Assembly: GCF_964194025.1 (NCBI RefSeq)
Contig: NC_134474.1
Span: 55,428,001 to 55,492,000 of the forward strand
Direction: 5' to 3'
Origin: Convolutriloba macropyga
Taxonomy: Eukaryota
DNA: 64,000 nt
The notes below the pieces were generated by a model. The model made no database searches. It was not told where the DNA came from and saw nothing but the letters and a program-made list of their open reading frames with translations. Below, piece after piece: positions 37,810-49,898 of this stretch. Position numbers and translations under genes: made by a program. Numbering within the stretch: the stretch's first letter is position 1; every line of letters begins with the position of its first letter.

Positions 37810-40800
37810 AGTTATGATTGAGATTGTTGTGTTTGTCGACAGTTTTTGCTCGGTCAGATTGACAAGGGAACTGAGACCTAACAAACCTTTCGCCAAAAAT
37901 TTTATATCAAAATCAAAAGTAGCATCCCAAAGTTCAAAATAGAGTCATCCAACAACAGTTTGAACAAGATAACATTCAGTGGGCTAACAGAGGACAATCC
38001 CTCCATTCTAAGTCTTTGCTCAGACTGAGAGTTTATTTGAAACAGCACGGCCCATAGCACTAGCAGAGTACGCCAATCGTAAACACAGAAGACAAAGTGA
38101 GGCAGAGACACAAGCTAGAGCAGCAGAGGTGAAAGATATTGTAAAGAGCAAAAACTATATATGGCGCTATCAGGCTATGACAATTGACACCAGCAACCTA
38201 ATGATCAATAGGCAGTATTGTGTGATCAGCAAGGGTCTCAGTGATGGATGATCACAAAGATTGTGCAACTTCTGCCGCAACACTTTAAAAGTGATGATAC
38301 AACTACGGTGATAAACTTTACGCCACAGTTAGCCAACTAAAACTCCGCGAAGATGATGCCATCCACCAGATCTTCATCAGAGGAGAAGAGTTGGTCACTC
38401 GGTTGCATATTGCTGGGAAGAGCTCTCTGATACGCTCTTCAATGCCATGGTTCAAAATGCGCTTCCACAAAGCCGCGAGCATTTCGTGGTGCCCGAGAGC
38501 TTCCATCATGCTCAACCTTTAGTGAAACAGAACACGTCTCACAAACTTTGAGCAGAGCGCCAGACAACAAAATGATCTGGTGGAAGATCAGCAAGTCGCC
38601 CAGCCATCAAAAAAATTCTAATCAGACTGACATACACTCCTCAATCAGATAACATCTTAGAAAAACTTTTCTATGACTGGTAGTTTTAAAGAGCCTAAAT
38701 TATGTATTTTATGTAACCAAATTGGACACACAGCTGTTGAGTCTTACAAAAACATCACTATATGTTTACAAAAACATCACTATAAAAAGCCATTTAGGCT
38801 AATGCATGTAAACAAAAACAAAAGGGAGCTCAAAGGTTTGCATCTCGGAGTGAGTTTGAGGTTTCCAACACTTTAGACTCAGGTAGCACTGACCATATGA
38901 TGATAGATGGAAAGTGGATCAAAACCAATCAGAAACAAGATACTACATTTAGAAGTCCAAATGAGAAAAAATATAAGTAGAAGAAATATGAAAAGAAGAT
39001 ATTGAGACACTACAGCTGCACAACAAAAAACGGATGTATCTGAGATCAAAAGATACTCTCATTATCAATTTAAATCAATAAACAATGAACTGTTTCGCAC
39101 TAACGTTGAGTCGGTACTTAAATTAGGAAGCAAAAAAAAGCTTCATAATAACACGAGGAAAAATTTCCTACATAACAGAAGAGAAGGTAAACTCCATCTC
39201 ACAAACTTGACTGGAAGCTCTACGCCGCGAACATTTGGCAAAAAAGACCTCTATGCTAAACGTTGTTGTTGGACAGTTAAAAAGAACAGCAGTACAGGCT
39301 GAATAACGCCTTTCGACAGACTAAAACGTTGCCAAAAAAGGGGGTCAGCAGACACGGCGTGCTACGCTATAAACCTAATCGGAAGACATAAAAATAAAAA
39401 TCAGCCTTCGGAATGACCATTGGCAGAAAACTGAGAGCCCGTTATCGAGAAGTGGTTGGTTGTGTAGCGAATTAAAAAAACGTAATGCTATTCAAAACAA
39501 AATTTGATTCAGAACCATCAGTGCTCATTTATTTGTTATATAAGAACACAACAGCCTAGTTGATTCAAAGCATAGAGACAAACAAACTTGCTTCTTAGCG
39601 AAACACAAGTTATTATGAGCACAGCCCACCAGCCTATCAGGCTACCAGTGACCTTAGTGTGTTATCTGCAGAAGTAGGTTTAACTGAAATGGAAAAGGCC
39701 GAGGGATGCCCATGAATATCAGAAACTGTAGTTGAAAAAGAATTAGAACAAAAACAAAATTAACGAATAGTATAAAATTCAATTCCAAAGTTTCAGTAAA
39801 ACAGATAGAACTAAAACTCTCAAAAATACGAGTACCTATCAAAAAGTATAAAGCTATCAAGTTTTTAATTGTTAGGAAAGGTATGTCAAATTCTAACTAC
39901 CGCAGTAGGCGAATAGACAACGCAGATTTGATCAGATTACGAGATGAAAAATTTACGAAGAGAATCCTCTGCAAAAAAAGAACCTAAAACTGAAGACAGG
40001 TCTCCAGACCTCAGGAGAGGTATAACAAAAGCTACTCTAACATTGTAAAAAACTCAAAAACGGTTAAATGTTTTGAATCTAAAATTTTCGAGGATGCAAT
40101 TGCTTCGAAGCAAAAAAGAAAAATGGTGTGAAGCAACAAAAACAGAAATGAATAGATTGGAGGAAACCCAATCTGGAACTTATTTAGAGGTTAAGTGCAA
40201 AACGTCATTCCAGGACGTTGAGTAGACAAAATCCAACAAAATTTTTAAGGAAAGGATGATCAATTTAAAGCTCGATAGGTCGCAAAACAGGTTAAAAGGA
40301 ACCGAATATTCAGAACCTTTCGCTCCAAATAGCAGAGTAGTAACTTTTAAATATTTTGAGCTTTAGTAGCAAGGAACAAATTCTTGTTAAATAAAATGGA
40401 TGTAAACCAATTTACATCCGACAGCAGAGGAATTAATTTTCTTAGTGTAACCAAAAGGCATCCAGCAAAAAAAATCGATAAAAAAATAGTGTGTAAACTT
40501 AAAAATCAATTTATAGACTAAAGCAAGCAGCCGAAAATTGCAACCAATAAATAAACCTTAAATTTACTACGAGAGGGAAGGTTTGACAGAAACAAGCATG
40601 ATAGCAGTTTTTTCCCGAAAGCAGAAGAAAAATGAGTCATTTCAAATTAAGTTGACGGTTTAGTTACAGACGGAACTTTGAAATACAAATTAAGGAACTG
40701 AGAAAAAACTCGAAGTTCAAAATGGACGAAAGTGGAAATCTTGAAAGGTTTCTAGGTATGGGAAAATTACCAGCAAAAGAAGAATTATAAAATGTACACA

Positions 40801-41832
40801 AGAAATATTTTCAAAAAGTTTAGAATGCAATAATGTACCCCGGTAGGACACCGGCCGAAAAATAACTTGAACTTTAGGGGACACATGGAGACTCAGTAAA
40901 CGTACATGCACATCAATTTAAATAATTGGTAGGATCTCTGATTTCTGTTGTGAAGCAAACCAGACCAGACGGAATGTGGATCAAAGTTTATCTCACGTCT
41001 TGAAAAATCCAACTTTTAAGCACTGCAGGGCTGGCAAAACCATGCTGAGATATCTTCAGCGTGCTAACTTTCTACCCATCAACCAGCAACGTTGCTATAG
41101 TAGAAGAAACAGATGCAGAGTGTAGTGACGATGGCAATGTTAGACGTTCGACGGCAGGCTGCATTTTCATGATGCGAAACAGAGGAGGATCGGTCAGTTG
41201 GTATGTAAGAAACAACAGACCTTGTCACTCTCATGCAATTCCGAGTACCAAAAGATAGAAGCCTAAGCTCCAGAAGCATTTTTCATGCGAGGCCTTCTCA
41301 AGTTTGGGGCATGAATATCGTGAGCTTACAACTATCGGATAGGACAATTAAAGTTGAAAACCGGCAGATTTTTCAGTCCTTCACAACAGACCGAAGCATA
41401 AAGATGCAAAGTACCCCTTCATCATAGAAAACGCAGACTACAACACAATTTCGGTGATCTACACAACAGCAGATGTGATGGCGGGTGACCATTAGACGAA
41501 GGCGCTATCACAAGTGAAAGTGTAGCGCCTTACGAAGGCGGCTGACCTTAAGACGAAGGCGCTTTCACAAGTGAAAGTGCAACAATATCAAGCAAAATTG
41601 TTGAGCGAAGCCATATTCAGACCTAGCAGCAACCACTTGAGTGGGGTATTGAAGCAAAGAGGAGAACTAAGAAAATAACTCAGAGCTAAAAAACTTGCAA
41701 GTATTTTTATGTAATCACAAAGAAAACAAGCTTACCAGTTCATAACCATAATTGTAGCTGACAGTTTAGGAAAGGAATATAAATCAGGCTGACGCTTTAT
41801 ATCTGTCAATTCCTGATATTTATCTTCTAATA
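37810..41832 (+). mobile_element. Heavily decayed Ty1/copia retrotransposon
   Basis: Fragments in copia order: Gag LFNAMVQNALPQSREHFVVPESF (~38435), knuckle remnant CILCNQIGH (~38703), protease LDSGSTDHM (~38873), RT remnants TFAP, MDV and YRLKQAAENC (40315-40540), RNase H TDAECSDDGNVRRSTAGCIF...VSW (~41109). PPT-like ttgagtgggg (41637-41646) precedes a candidate 3' LTR at 41647-41832. Confidence 0.85.
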
Positions 41833-42849
41833 TTGAATGATCAATAGAACTTTGTGGACTTTTTTCAAGTGACGTAAATTTTTGCATGGAAATGTCCAAA
41901 AGCAATACCTGATACGCCCCTAATTCGCCTCACTTTTCTATGTGAGTTTTTTCTCAAATGTAAACTGTATATTTTAAATTTTATACTTCAAATTATATAT
42001 ACGACTATTTTTGTCAAATTTTCTCTCTTTTTGAACCTCAAATTAATAAATCTTTCTGAATACATTATTTTTTCTGATTCCATTAAGCTTAAACAGCGTC
42101 AATCTTTAAGGCGCCATATTTCGTACCGTCTCATTGGTGTTGCTGCGCTACCGTGTTCTGAATATCCTGCTGACAAATTGGTTCCACTGAAGCATATGTT
42201 CCACATGACTGCTCCAATGGTCCCCATCGTTCAATTTTCTTCAAGTATGAAAGCTGAAGCTTGAACAAACGAAAAACATGAACAAACATTCAACAATAAA
42301 TGTGACAGCATGTAGACCTTGGAATAATTGCCTAGTTACTGATCAACCCGCTCTTGTAGTTCAAGGTACAGTACAGATTAGGTATAAATATTTAGATGTG
42401 CATCTTATTCAGACAGATTTTTGTTTTTGAAGTTCTGAAAAACAGCGGGGACTCGAAGGGCTTGAAATAATATGTTAAAGCGCATATTACCAATTCTCCT
42501 TGCGCAATCACTTTAGAGACAAACATTCTCAATTCTCAACTGCGGCCGATCTATAATAAAAAATGCAATAAAACATGATTGATCCACAAAAACTGAAAAG
42601 ATGATTGGAACAGTGTATTCGTTGGCTTCAGAGGGGTTGAAGAATTTATCAGCGACACTTTGTCAGCTCTCAAACAACAATCGTCCCCTTAGTCTCTTGT
42701 AAGTCCTCTTATGATCCTCTAAACTTCTTTATCTTTTTTTCAACAACAAAACATTTGACTCAATAAATCATTGAGGTTTTTCTGTTCTGCATTGCGATTC
42801 CGCGGTAGCAGGAAACTGAATAGAGAAAAGGCAGCAAAAACAGAAAAAA

Positions 42850-45517
42850 ATGGGTTTATGGCTGCAATTTTGTCAGAATACTTCGTTAACATATATGACT
42901 TTTAGGATCTTACTTCATATTTTAAGATCAATTCATATAAACTTTAATGAGCTAGACCAATTTATAAATCAAGAGAAGTCAAAACCTGATGTGATTGCAT
43001 TAACAGAAACCTGGAGCAATCAGTATACTCTCCAAAATGCTTACCAGGTGAATGGATATGGCCAGTTGTTGAGGAGTGACAGAGAAAGAAGAGGTGGAGG
43101 TGTAGGATTTTTTATTAGGAAAGGCATCAAAGTTCAAATTAAACAAAAACAAACAATGAACACCTACAACTTTTGAGAGTGGCGTTCTTAGGATATCAAA
43201 AGGAAATAGTGATAACTGTTGGTTATAAAACTTTGAAATATCGTATAGATGAGTACATAAACGTTTGTCAAGAAGACATTAATAAGTTCACTATCAAACC
43301 GGAGATTTTGCAAATTTATTGTTGAGATTTCAATTTAAATGTGATTGAACAAACGAACAAAATTGACAGGGTTTTGGATTTTTTTCTCATGGATCAGAAC
43401 CGATAAAAGTCACTTCTTGAACGGCAACCTGCATTGACGTTTTTTTTGCGAATTTTGAAGCCTCCGTAAATGTGAAAGATACAATGATCTCTGACCAAAA
43501 AGGAGTAGAATTGAGCAGCAAGGAAACAAGACTTGATCTTGAACACCCAGACAAAAAATTTCATTTTAGGCCCCTAAAAACTTCAAAATAAGGAACTTAG
43601 GTTCGATTAAATTTACAGTATTGTAACAAAACTGGGAACGAGAAATAAGCTTTATTTATCTTCCGATTGAGATTTCTGTTTTACAGATTTAACGAGAGTG
43701 ATAAAATAGGAATTGCATCGTCATGTACCCTTGCAACAGTTCAAAAAGCACACTAACAACAATCTAAACAGGTTCAAAAACCATGGTTGGATAACCAGAT
43801 CAAAAATCTGTCTTAAAAAACTAAAAGCCTATCAAAGATTGAGGAACGAACAGTCTGCCGAAAATAGAGAATATAATAAGCTGCGTTACCGTTAAAAAAA
43901 CCTAAAAACCTAACAAAAAAGGAAATAGAATTTAATGAACAAAAAATTGAAAATGCAAACAAAAATAAGAACTTATTTTTAATAATAGACGATATTAAGG
44001 GAACAAAAATGAAAAAGAAAAATGACAACCTGAAAGCTGATGAAATCAATAAGTATTTTGTTGAAAGAGGAAAGAAACTATCTCAAAGTTGTTATCAGTC
44101 GTCACACCTCAGGCGGGTCTGAAGGTTAGAGAAATCCATGTTCTTATTTAACGTCACAACAAAAGTTTTCGAAATTATTCAGCAAATGCTAAAAAAATGC
44201 TTCGGATCTGATTAACATTTCAAATAAACTGATTAAGTTCATCAATCCAAGCTTGTGTGAAGCATTGGCAAAATAATTAATCTTTAATTTGATGAGGGGC
44301 CTTTCCCTGGAACTCTGAAAATTGCCAATGTTATACCTCTGTACAGAAATGGTAACGAAAATGCATTTAGTAATTATAGACCAATATCACTGCTCACAGT
44401 TATTTCAAAAATTGTTATAAACAAAGCACAGTTTGGAAAGCACATTGTGATAAGAAAAGCACAATTGATGCTGTGTCGGAGGTTGTTGAAACAAAAATTA
44501 TTTGGGCTCGACAGAAAGTTACTATGGGGTTTTCATTGATTCATCGAAAGCTTTTGGTACTGTGAGTCATGATATTTTGCTCCAAAAATGTTTTGCGTAT
44601 GGTTTGAGGGGGAAATTTTATGACATTCTTAATTCACATATTTGACCAACAGACAACAATGTTTTTGTTTCAGTTAGCAAGCAGCAATCATCCTTTGAAA
44701 GCAATTTTGCAGTGTACCGTAGGGTTCTGTTTTAGGGCCACTTCTGTTTTTGATTTATGTAAACCATTTGCCTGATTTCGGTACAAACTGTAATGTAAAT
44801 ATGTTTACTGATGATACAAATATTTACGGAAAGGTGGATGACGGAATTAATTATACAATAGAAAAATGTCAGTTCGGATGGAATCAAATAAGTTCGCAAA
44901 AAATAGAAATAAAAGCAAGGCTATAAGTTTTGGTGGTACTAATGAGACACCTGAAACTCATGATTACAACATCGAATTTGTCTACCACAATAAATATTTG
45001 GGTGTACACATAGATAGTCAACTGAGCTTCAAATAACATCGAGAAAATAGTTAGTCGGATGAATTCGTTAACAGCGGTCATCTATCAATATAAAAACTTT
45101 CTCAATAGACACAAACTAGTCCGATTATACAAAGATTACGTTTAACCAAAATCACAGTACAGGGTTTTGTTGTATGGAGTGGCCAATAAAAGGAATCTAA
45201 AAAATAAGAGTGGTGGCAAAACAGAATTTTTCGTTTGTTTTTTTTTCAACTAAGAGATTGCAAAGCACTGACGAACTGCGATGAAAATAGTCGGATGAAT
45301 TCGTTAACAGCGGTCATCCATCAATATAAAAACTTTCTCAATAGACACAAACTAGTCCGATTATACAAAGATTACGTTTAATCAAAATCACAGTACAGGG
45401 TTTTGTTGTATGGAGTGGCCAATAAAAGCAATCTCAAAAATAAGAGTGGTGGCAAAACAGAATTTTTCGTTTGATTTTTTTTCAACTAAGATTGCAAAGC
45501 ATTGACGAACTGCGATG
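42850..45517 (+). mobile_element. Decayed non-LTR retrotransposon (APE + RT; CR1/L2-type)
   Basis: APE motifs PDVIALTETW, RSDRERRGGGVGFFI and DFN. RT motifs LKIANVIPLY...NYRPISLL, FIDSSKAFGTVSHDILL, VP*GSVLGPLLFLIYVN and FTDDT. Many stops and frameshifts. Confidence 0.9.
45054..45517 (+). repeat. Near-identical 236-bp tandem duplication at the LINE 3' end
   Basis: gtcggatgaattcgttaacagcggtcatc starts at 45054 and 45290; both copies end ...gacgaactgcgatg. Confidence 0.9.
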
Positions 45518-46186
45518 TAAACACAAAAAACCAAGAGAAGGCCAATAATAGCCCCAGCTATCGCTGTACGGCTATTAATAAAAGGACTAATCTGGTCAAA
45601 ACAAAAATTTTGCAAACGAAGCAAAGAAACCAGTCGCTCATAAATAGATTAAGAAGAATATATAATGTTTAAACTAAACTGGATGAAAGTATTGTTCAAA
45701 AAATTGGCTCATTTAATGCACAGGATTTAACAAACTTTTTACATTGTTTTAGGGAGTCATTTATTATGGATAACAGATTTTTGTTAACCTTTTTGTGGTA
45801 AGGAACAAGGTTCTAGGGCTAGTGCTTTTACTTGAATGTTTATCGAGCTGCATTTTTTTTGTAAAATTGGTCTTCTTATTAGACATTTTCTAAAGGTTAA
45901 TTAGAAAAGGGTTTTACCAGGGTAAAATATGATTTGAGCGGGTTTGAATTACCAAAATAAGTAGACTTTGAGAAGAAGTAATAGGCATCACTTGACAGGT
46001 CTAGTGACCTATTGATGTCCTTTCGAGTTTTGTTTTGTTGTTTGTAAATTTATAAATGCAAGCAATGGAATAAACTCGAGAACTAATTTATTATTATTGC
46101 AGTGGTTTGAGCTGAAAGATTAACTTAGAGCTGAAATTTACTTAATTGACACTTTATGATAAATTAGAGCAAAATCTTATTCTAAC

Positions 46187-49100
46187 CGGTTGTTGTTGTC
46201 GGAGTGCTAGTAGTGACATCACCAGTTCTACGAACTCTTCTACTGTACATTTTTCTATTTTGCATAACGCGTTCTCGGTCAACCTGCCTTTTCATTTTCC
46301 TCCTTTCGGCTCTTCTTTCAGATTCCTTCAAGTAGTTATGATACAAAACTTCTAACTTCTGATCAGCTGTGAGTGTATTTGAATGTCGTTTCAACCTAGG
46401 GACCACATCTCCTACCAGAGGCTGGGTTATCCTAGAAGTGGTTGCAGAAGTCTCGGTTTCCTCATCAATTGGTATTGAAATCGGCATCAAAAGTGGCGAT
46501 TCGGAACTCGTACTCTCAGAAGTTGAGACCCCATTAGAAGTCGTATTCGCCAACAACGTAGAAGTGGTAACCGATGAATTGGTACGTGAGGCAGTATTCC
46601 CTGGGACTGTCAAAGTAGCGTTCAATGTAGTAGTAGGTCCTGTTGATGTTGTACTAAATGTATTAGACAGCACTGTCGAAGTTGTGTTAAATGTAGTAGT
46701 TGGTAGTGTCGACGTTGTATTAAATGTGGTAGTAGGTACTGTCGAAGTTGTATTAAATAGAGTATTAGGTACTGTCGAAGTTGTATTAAATAGAGTATTA
46801 GGTACTGTCGAAGTTGTATTAAATGCAGCAGTCGGCACATTCGATGTCGTACTAAAGGTAGTAAGGACTGTCGAAGTTGTGTTAAATGTTGTAGAAGTAG
46901 GCACTGTCGATGTTGTATTAAATGTGGTATTAGGTACAGTCCAAGTTGTATTAAATAAAGTAGAGAGTACTGTCGATGTATTTGATGTAGAGGTGGGCAC
47001 TGTCGATGTTGTAGTAAATGTAGTAGACACTGTGGAAGTTGTGTTAAATGTAGTAGTAGGAACAGTCGAGGTTGTATTAAATATAGTAGAAAGTACCGTC
47101 GACGTTGTATTAAAAGTAGAAAAGGGTACTGTCGATGTTGTATTAGACGAAGTAGTTGGTCCTGTCGAAGAAGTCTGAAATGAAGTAGGTACAGTGGAAG
47201 CTGTGCTAAATGTGGTAGTAGGTACTGTCGATGTTGTACTAAATGTAGTAGTTGGTACAATCGATGTTATATTAAATGCAGTAGTGGGTCTTTTCGATGT
47301 TGTATTAGTTATAGTAGAGAATGTCGAAGTTGTGTTAAATGTTGTAGTACTAGTAGGTAGTGTCGATGTTGTATTAAAATTGGTAGTAGGTACCGTCGAG
47401 GATGTATTAAATTTAGTAGTAGGTACTGTCGAAGTTGTATTAATTGTAGTAGTAGTAGTAGTAGTAGGTACTTTCGATGTTGTATTAAATGCAGTAGCAG
47501 GTACTGTCGAAGTTGTATTAAATGTAGTAGTAGGTACTGTCGAAGTTGTATTAAATGTAGTAGTAGGTACTGTCGAAGTTGTATTAAATGTAGTAGAAGG
47601 TAAAGTCAAAGTTGTATTAAATGTAGTAGTAGGTACTGTCGAAGTTGTATTAAATGTAGTAGTAGGTACTGTCGAAATTGTACTAAATGTAGTAGTAGGT
47701 ACTGTCGAAGTTGTATTAAATGTAGTAGTAGGTACTGTCGAAGTTGTATTAAATGTAGTAGTAGGTACTGTCGATGTTGTATTAAATGCAGTAGTAGGTA
47801 CTGTCGAAGTTGTATTAAATTTAGTAGTAGGTACTGTCGAAGTTGTGTTAATTGTAGTAGTAGTCGCTGTCGAAGTTGTATTAAATGTAGTAGTAGGTAC
47901 TGTCGAAGTATTAAATAGAAAAGTAGGTTCTGTCGAAATTGTGTTAATTGTAGTAGAAGGTACTGTCGAAGTTGTGTTAACTGTAGTAGTAGGCGCTGTC
48001 GAAGTTGTATTAATTGCAGTAGTAGGTACTGTCGAAGTTGTATTAAATTTAGTAGTAGGTACTGTCGATGTTGTATTAAATGCAGTAGTAGGTACTGTCG
48101 AAGTTGTATTAAATTTAGTAGTAGGTACTGTCGAAGTTGTGTTAATTGTAGTAGTAGTCGCTGTCGAAGTTGTATTAAATGTAGTAGTAGGTACTGTCGA
48201 AGTATTAAATAGAAAAGTAGGTTCTGTCGAAATTGTGTTAATTGTAGTAGAAGGTACTGTCGAACTTGTGTTAATTGTAGTAGTAGGTACTGTCGAAGTT
48301 GTGTTAACTGTAGTAGTAGGCGCTGTCGAAGTTGTATTAATTGCAGTAGTAGGTACTGTCGAAGTTGTATTATATGTAGTAGTAGGTACTGTCGAAGTTG
48401 TATTAAATGTAATAGTAGGTACTGTCGAAGTTGTATTAATTGTAGTAGTAGGTACTGTCAAAGTTGTGTCAATTGTTGTAGTAGTAGGTGCTGTCGAAGT
48501 TGTGTTTATTGTAGTATTAGGCAGTGTCGCAGTTGTGTTTATTGTTGTAGTAGTAGGTGCTGTCGAAGTTGTGTTTTTTGTAGTAGTAGGTACTGTCGAA
48601 GTTGTGTTTATTGTAGTGGTAGGAGGTGCTGTCGAAGTTGTGTTAATTGTAGTTGCAGGATCTGTCGAAGTTGTATTAATGGCAGTTGTAAGAACCGTTG
48701 TAGTCGCATCCGTTGTTGAGAAAGCGCTAAAATTTGTCGCTGTGCCTGAAATGGATGAGCTTGAGCTCGAGGGCTGTGGATATGATGTTGAAACAGATGT
48801 TAGAACAGTGGACGTGGTAGTCGAACTTGATGAGCTCGAGGTTGAGATTGAAGTTGTTCTGGTGGTTGAAGTAGTCGTTGGTTGCGCCTCAGTAGGAACC
48901 CAAGTTCCGGAACCCTGTAGAGGGTACTGCAAATACGAAATGTTAAAGCCGAGCTTGCGGACTGAGAAATCAGTTACAAATTGGACTGTCAACATATTGG
49001 AAGGTGACCGAACGATCAACGATCGGTCGGATGAACCAACAAGTGATGTTGTTATTATTCCACACACTCGATCTTCGCCCTCGAACTGAAGAACAGAATC

Positions 49101-49213
49101 GTCCGTTCCGTCAAGAAAAAGCAAATAATCGATGCAATCTTTCCGTTCACCAACTGTATTTGCGAATTGAATATCCAAAAGTGGATTGATAATTATTGCA
49201 ACGCCTTTGCTGT
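46187..49213 (-). CDS. 3027-nt exon: CUB C-terminal half, Thr/Ser mucin stalk and polybasic furin-site segment
   Basis: Acceptor tttttag|AC (phase 1) and donor ACC G|gttaga (phase 1), so the ORF-track stop at 46182 lies in the intron. CUB motifs C-x-DYL...DG...CG...S-x-SNMLTVQFVTDFSVRKLGFNISY. Confidence 0.88.
46600..48680 (-). repeat. Coding 33-bp VNTR (11-aa unit NTTSTVPTTTF), roughly 60 units
   Basis: Plus-strand unit aatgtagtagtaggtactgtcgaagttgtatta, with frame-preserving variants only. Confidence 0.95.
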
Positions 49214-49762
49214 CTAAAAAAGAAAAAACCAGCCGGAAACTTCAGGAAAAATGAGAGAACAAATGCTGAAAAGGCCCGATATAGTTCCAATAGGGGACAA
49301 TAGAATAGCAGGATTTAAATAGTTGAAAAAGAATAATTCCAGAAAATTGAACCTTGGGGGGGGGGGGGGTCAAATTTTTTAAATTAATTTTGCGTTTGAT
49401 TTATAATTTGTCATCATGTAACTTTAACCGCTCGGTCAATTAACATGTTTCAGATTTTTTAAAAAATTGTGACATCAACAAAAGCTGGTGGCAATTCATC
49501 AAACGGCTCTACTATCCTTGACACTTCAGATATGTAGAAATTCAACCACTAATATTACCAAGTCTCCGTCCAATAGGTTTCCAGTAAAAAGTACGGCGAA
49601 TCAACGGTGAACCAAAATTCTGCTGGCAATAGCTGTTTATCATAGCTACAGCAGCAGCAAAATATCGTACCGCATTCCTTTTCCGGTTGGAAAAGTCTTA
49701 CAACTTAAAAAAAATCCATTTCTGGTATGTTCAAATTCACATTTAAGAAGAAAAAGCCCAAC

Positions 49763-49898
49763 CATTTTGAGACTGAATATTCCATTCGCAATCGAGTCCA
49801 TTCTCATACAGTGTTCTGTTCTCATATCCAACTGAGGTGAAGAACTGCTCCCCATCTAAGGCTGTCAACGTCCATGAACAATTTTTAACACAGTTGAA
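49763..49898 (-). CDS. Exon: last LDLa Cys and CUB N-terminal half
   Basis: gttttag|TTC ... AAT G|gttggg, phase 0 to 1. FNCVKNCSWTLTALDGEQFFTSVGYENRTLYENGLDCEWNIQSQN matches the CUB F-x-S-x-x-Y...Y-x-N-x-x-x-C-x-W-x-I pattern. Confidence 0.9.

Noticed and set aside
39461-39607. tgtgt...acaca segment as a solo LTR inside the copia
   Set aside because: No target-site duplication and no second copy in the window.
37465-42160. Flanking direct repeats as the copia LTRs
   Set aside because: They lack TG...CA ends, and the right copy begins after the PPT-adjacent LTR candidate rather than at it.
46600-48680. Regular 33-bp array resembling CRISPR
   Set aside because: No unique spacers, it is an in-frame coding repeat in a eukaryotic exon, and there are no cas genes.
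46369-49089. Long Val-rich plus-strand ORFs (269 and 631 aa) and the alternative-frame 212-aa ORF
   Set aside because: Shadow frames of the Thr-rich VNTR; the CUB motifs and splice sites define the minus-strand frame.
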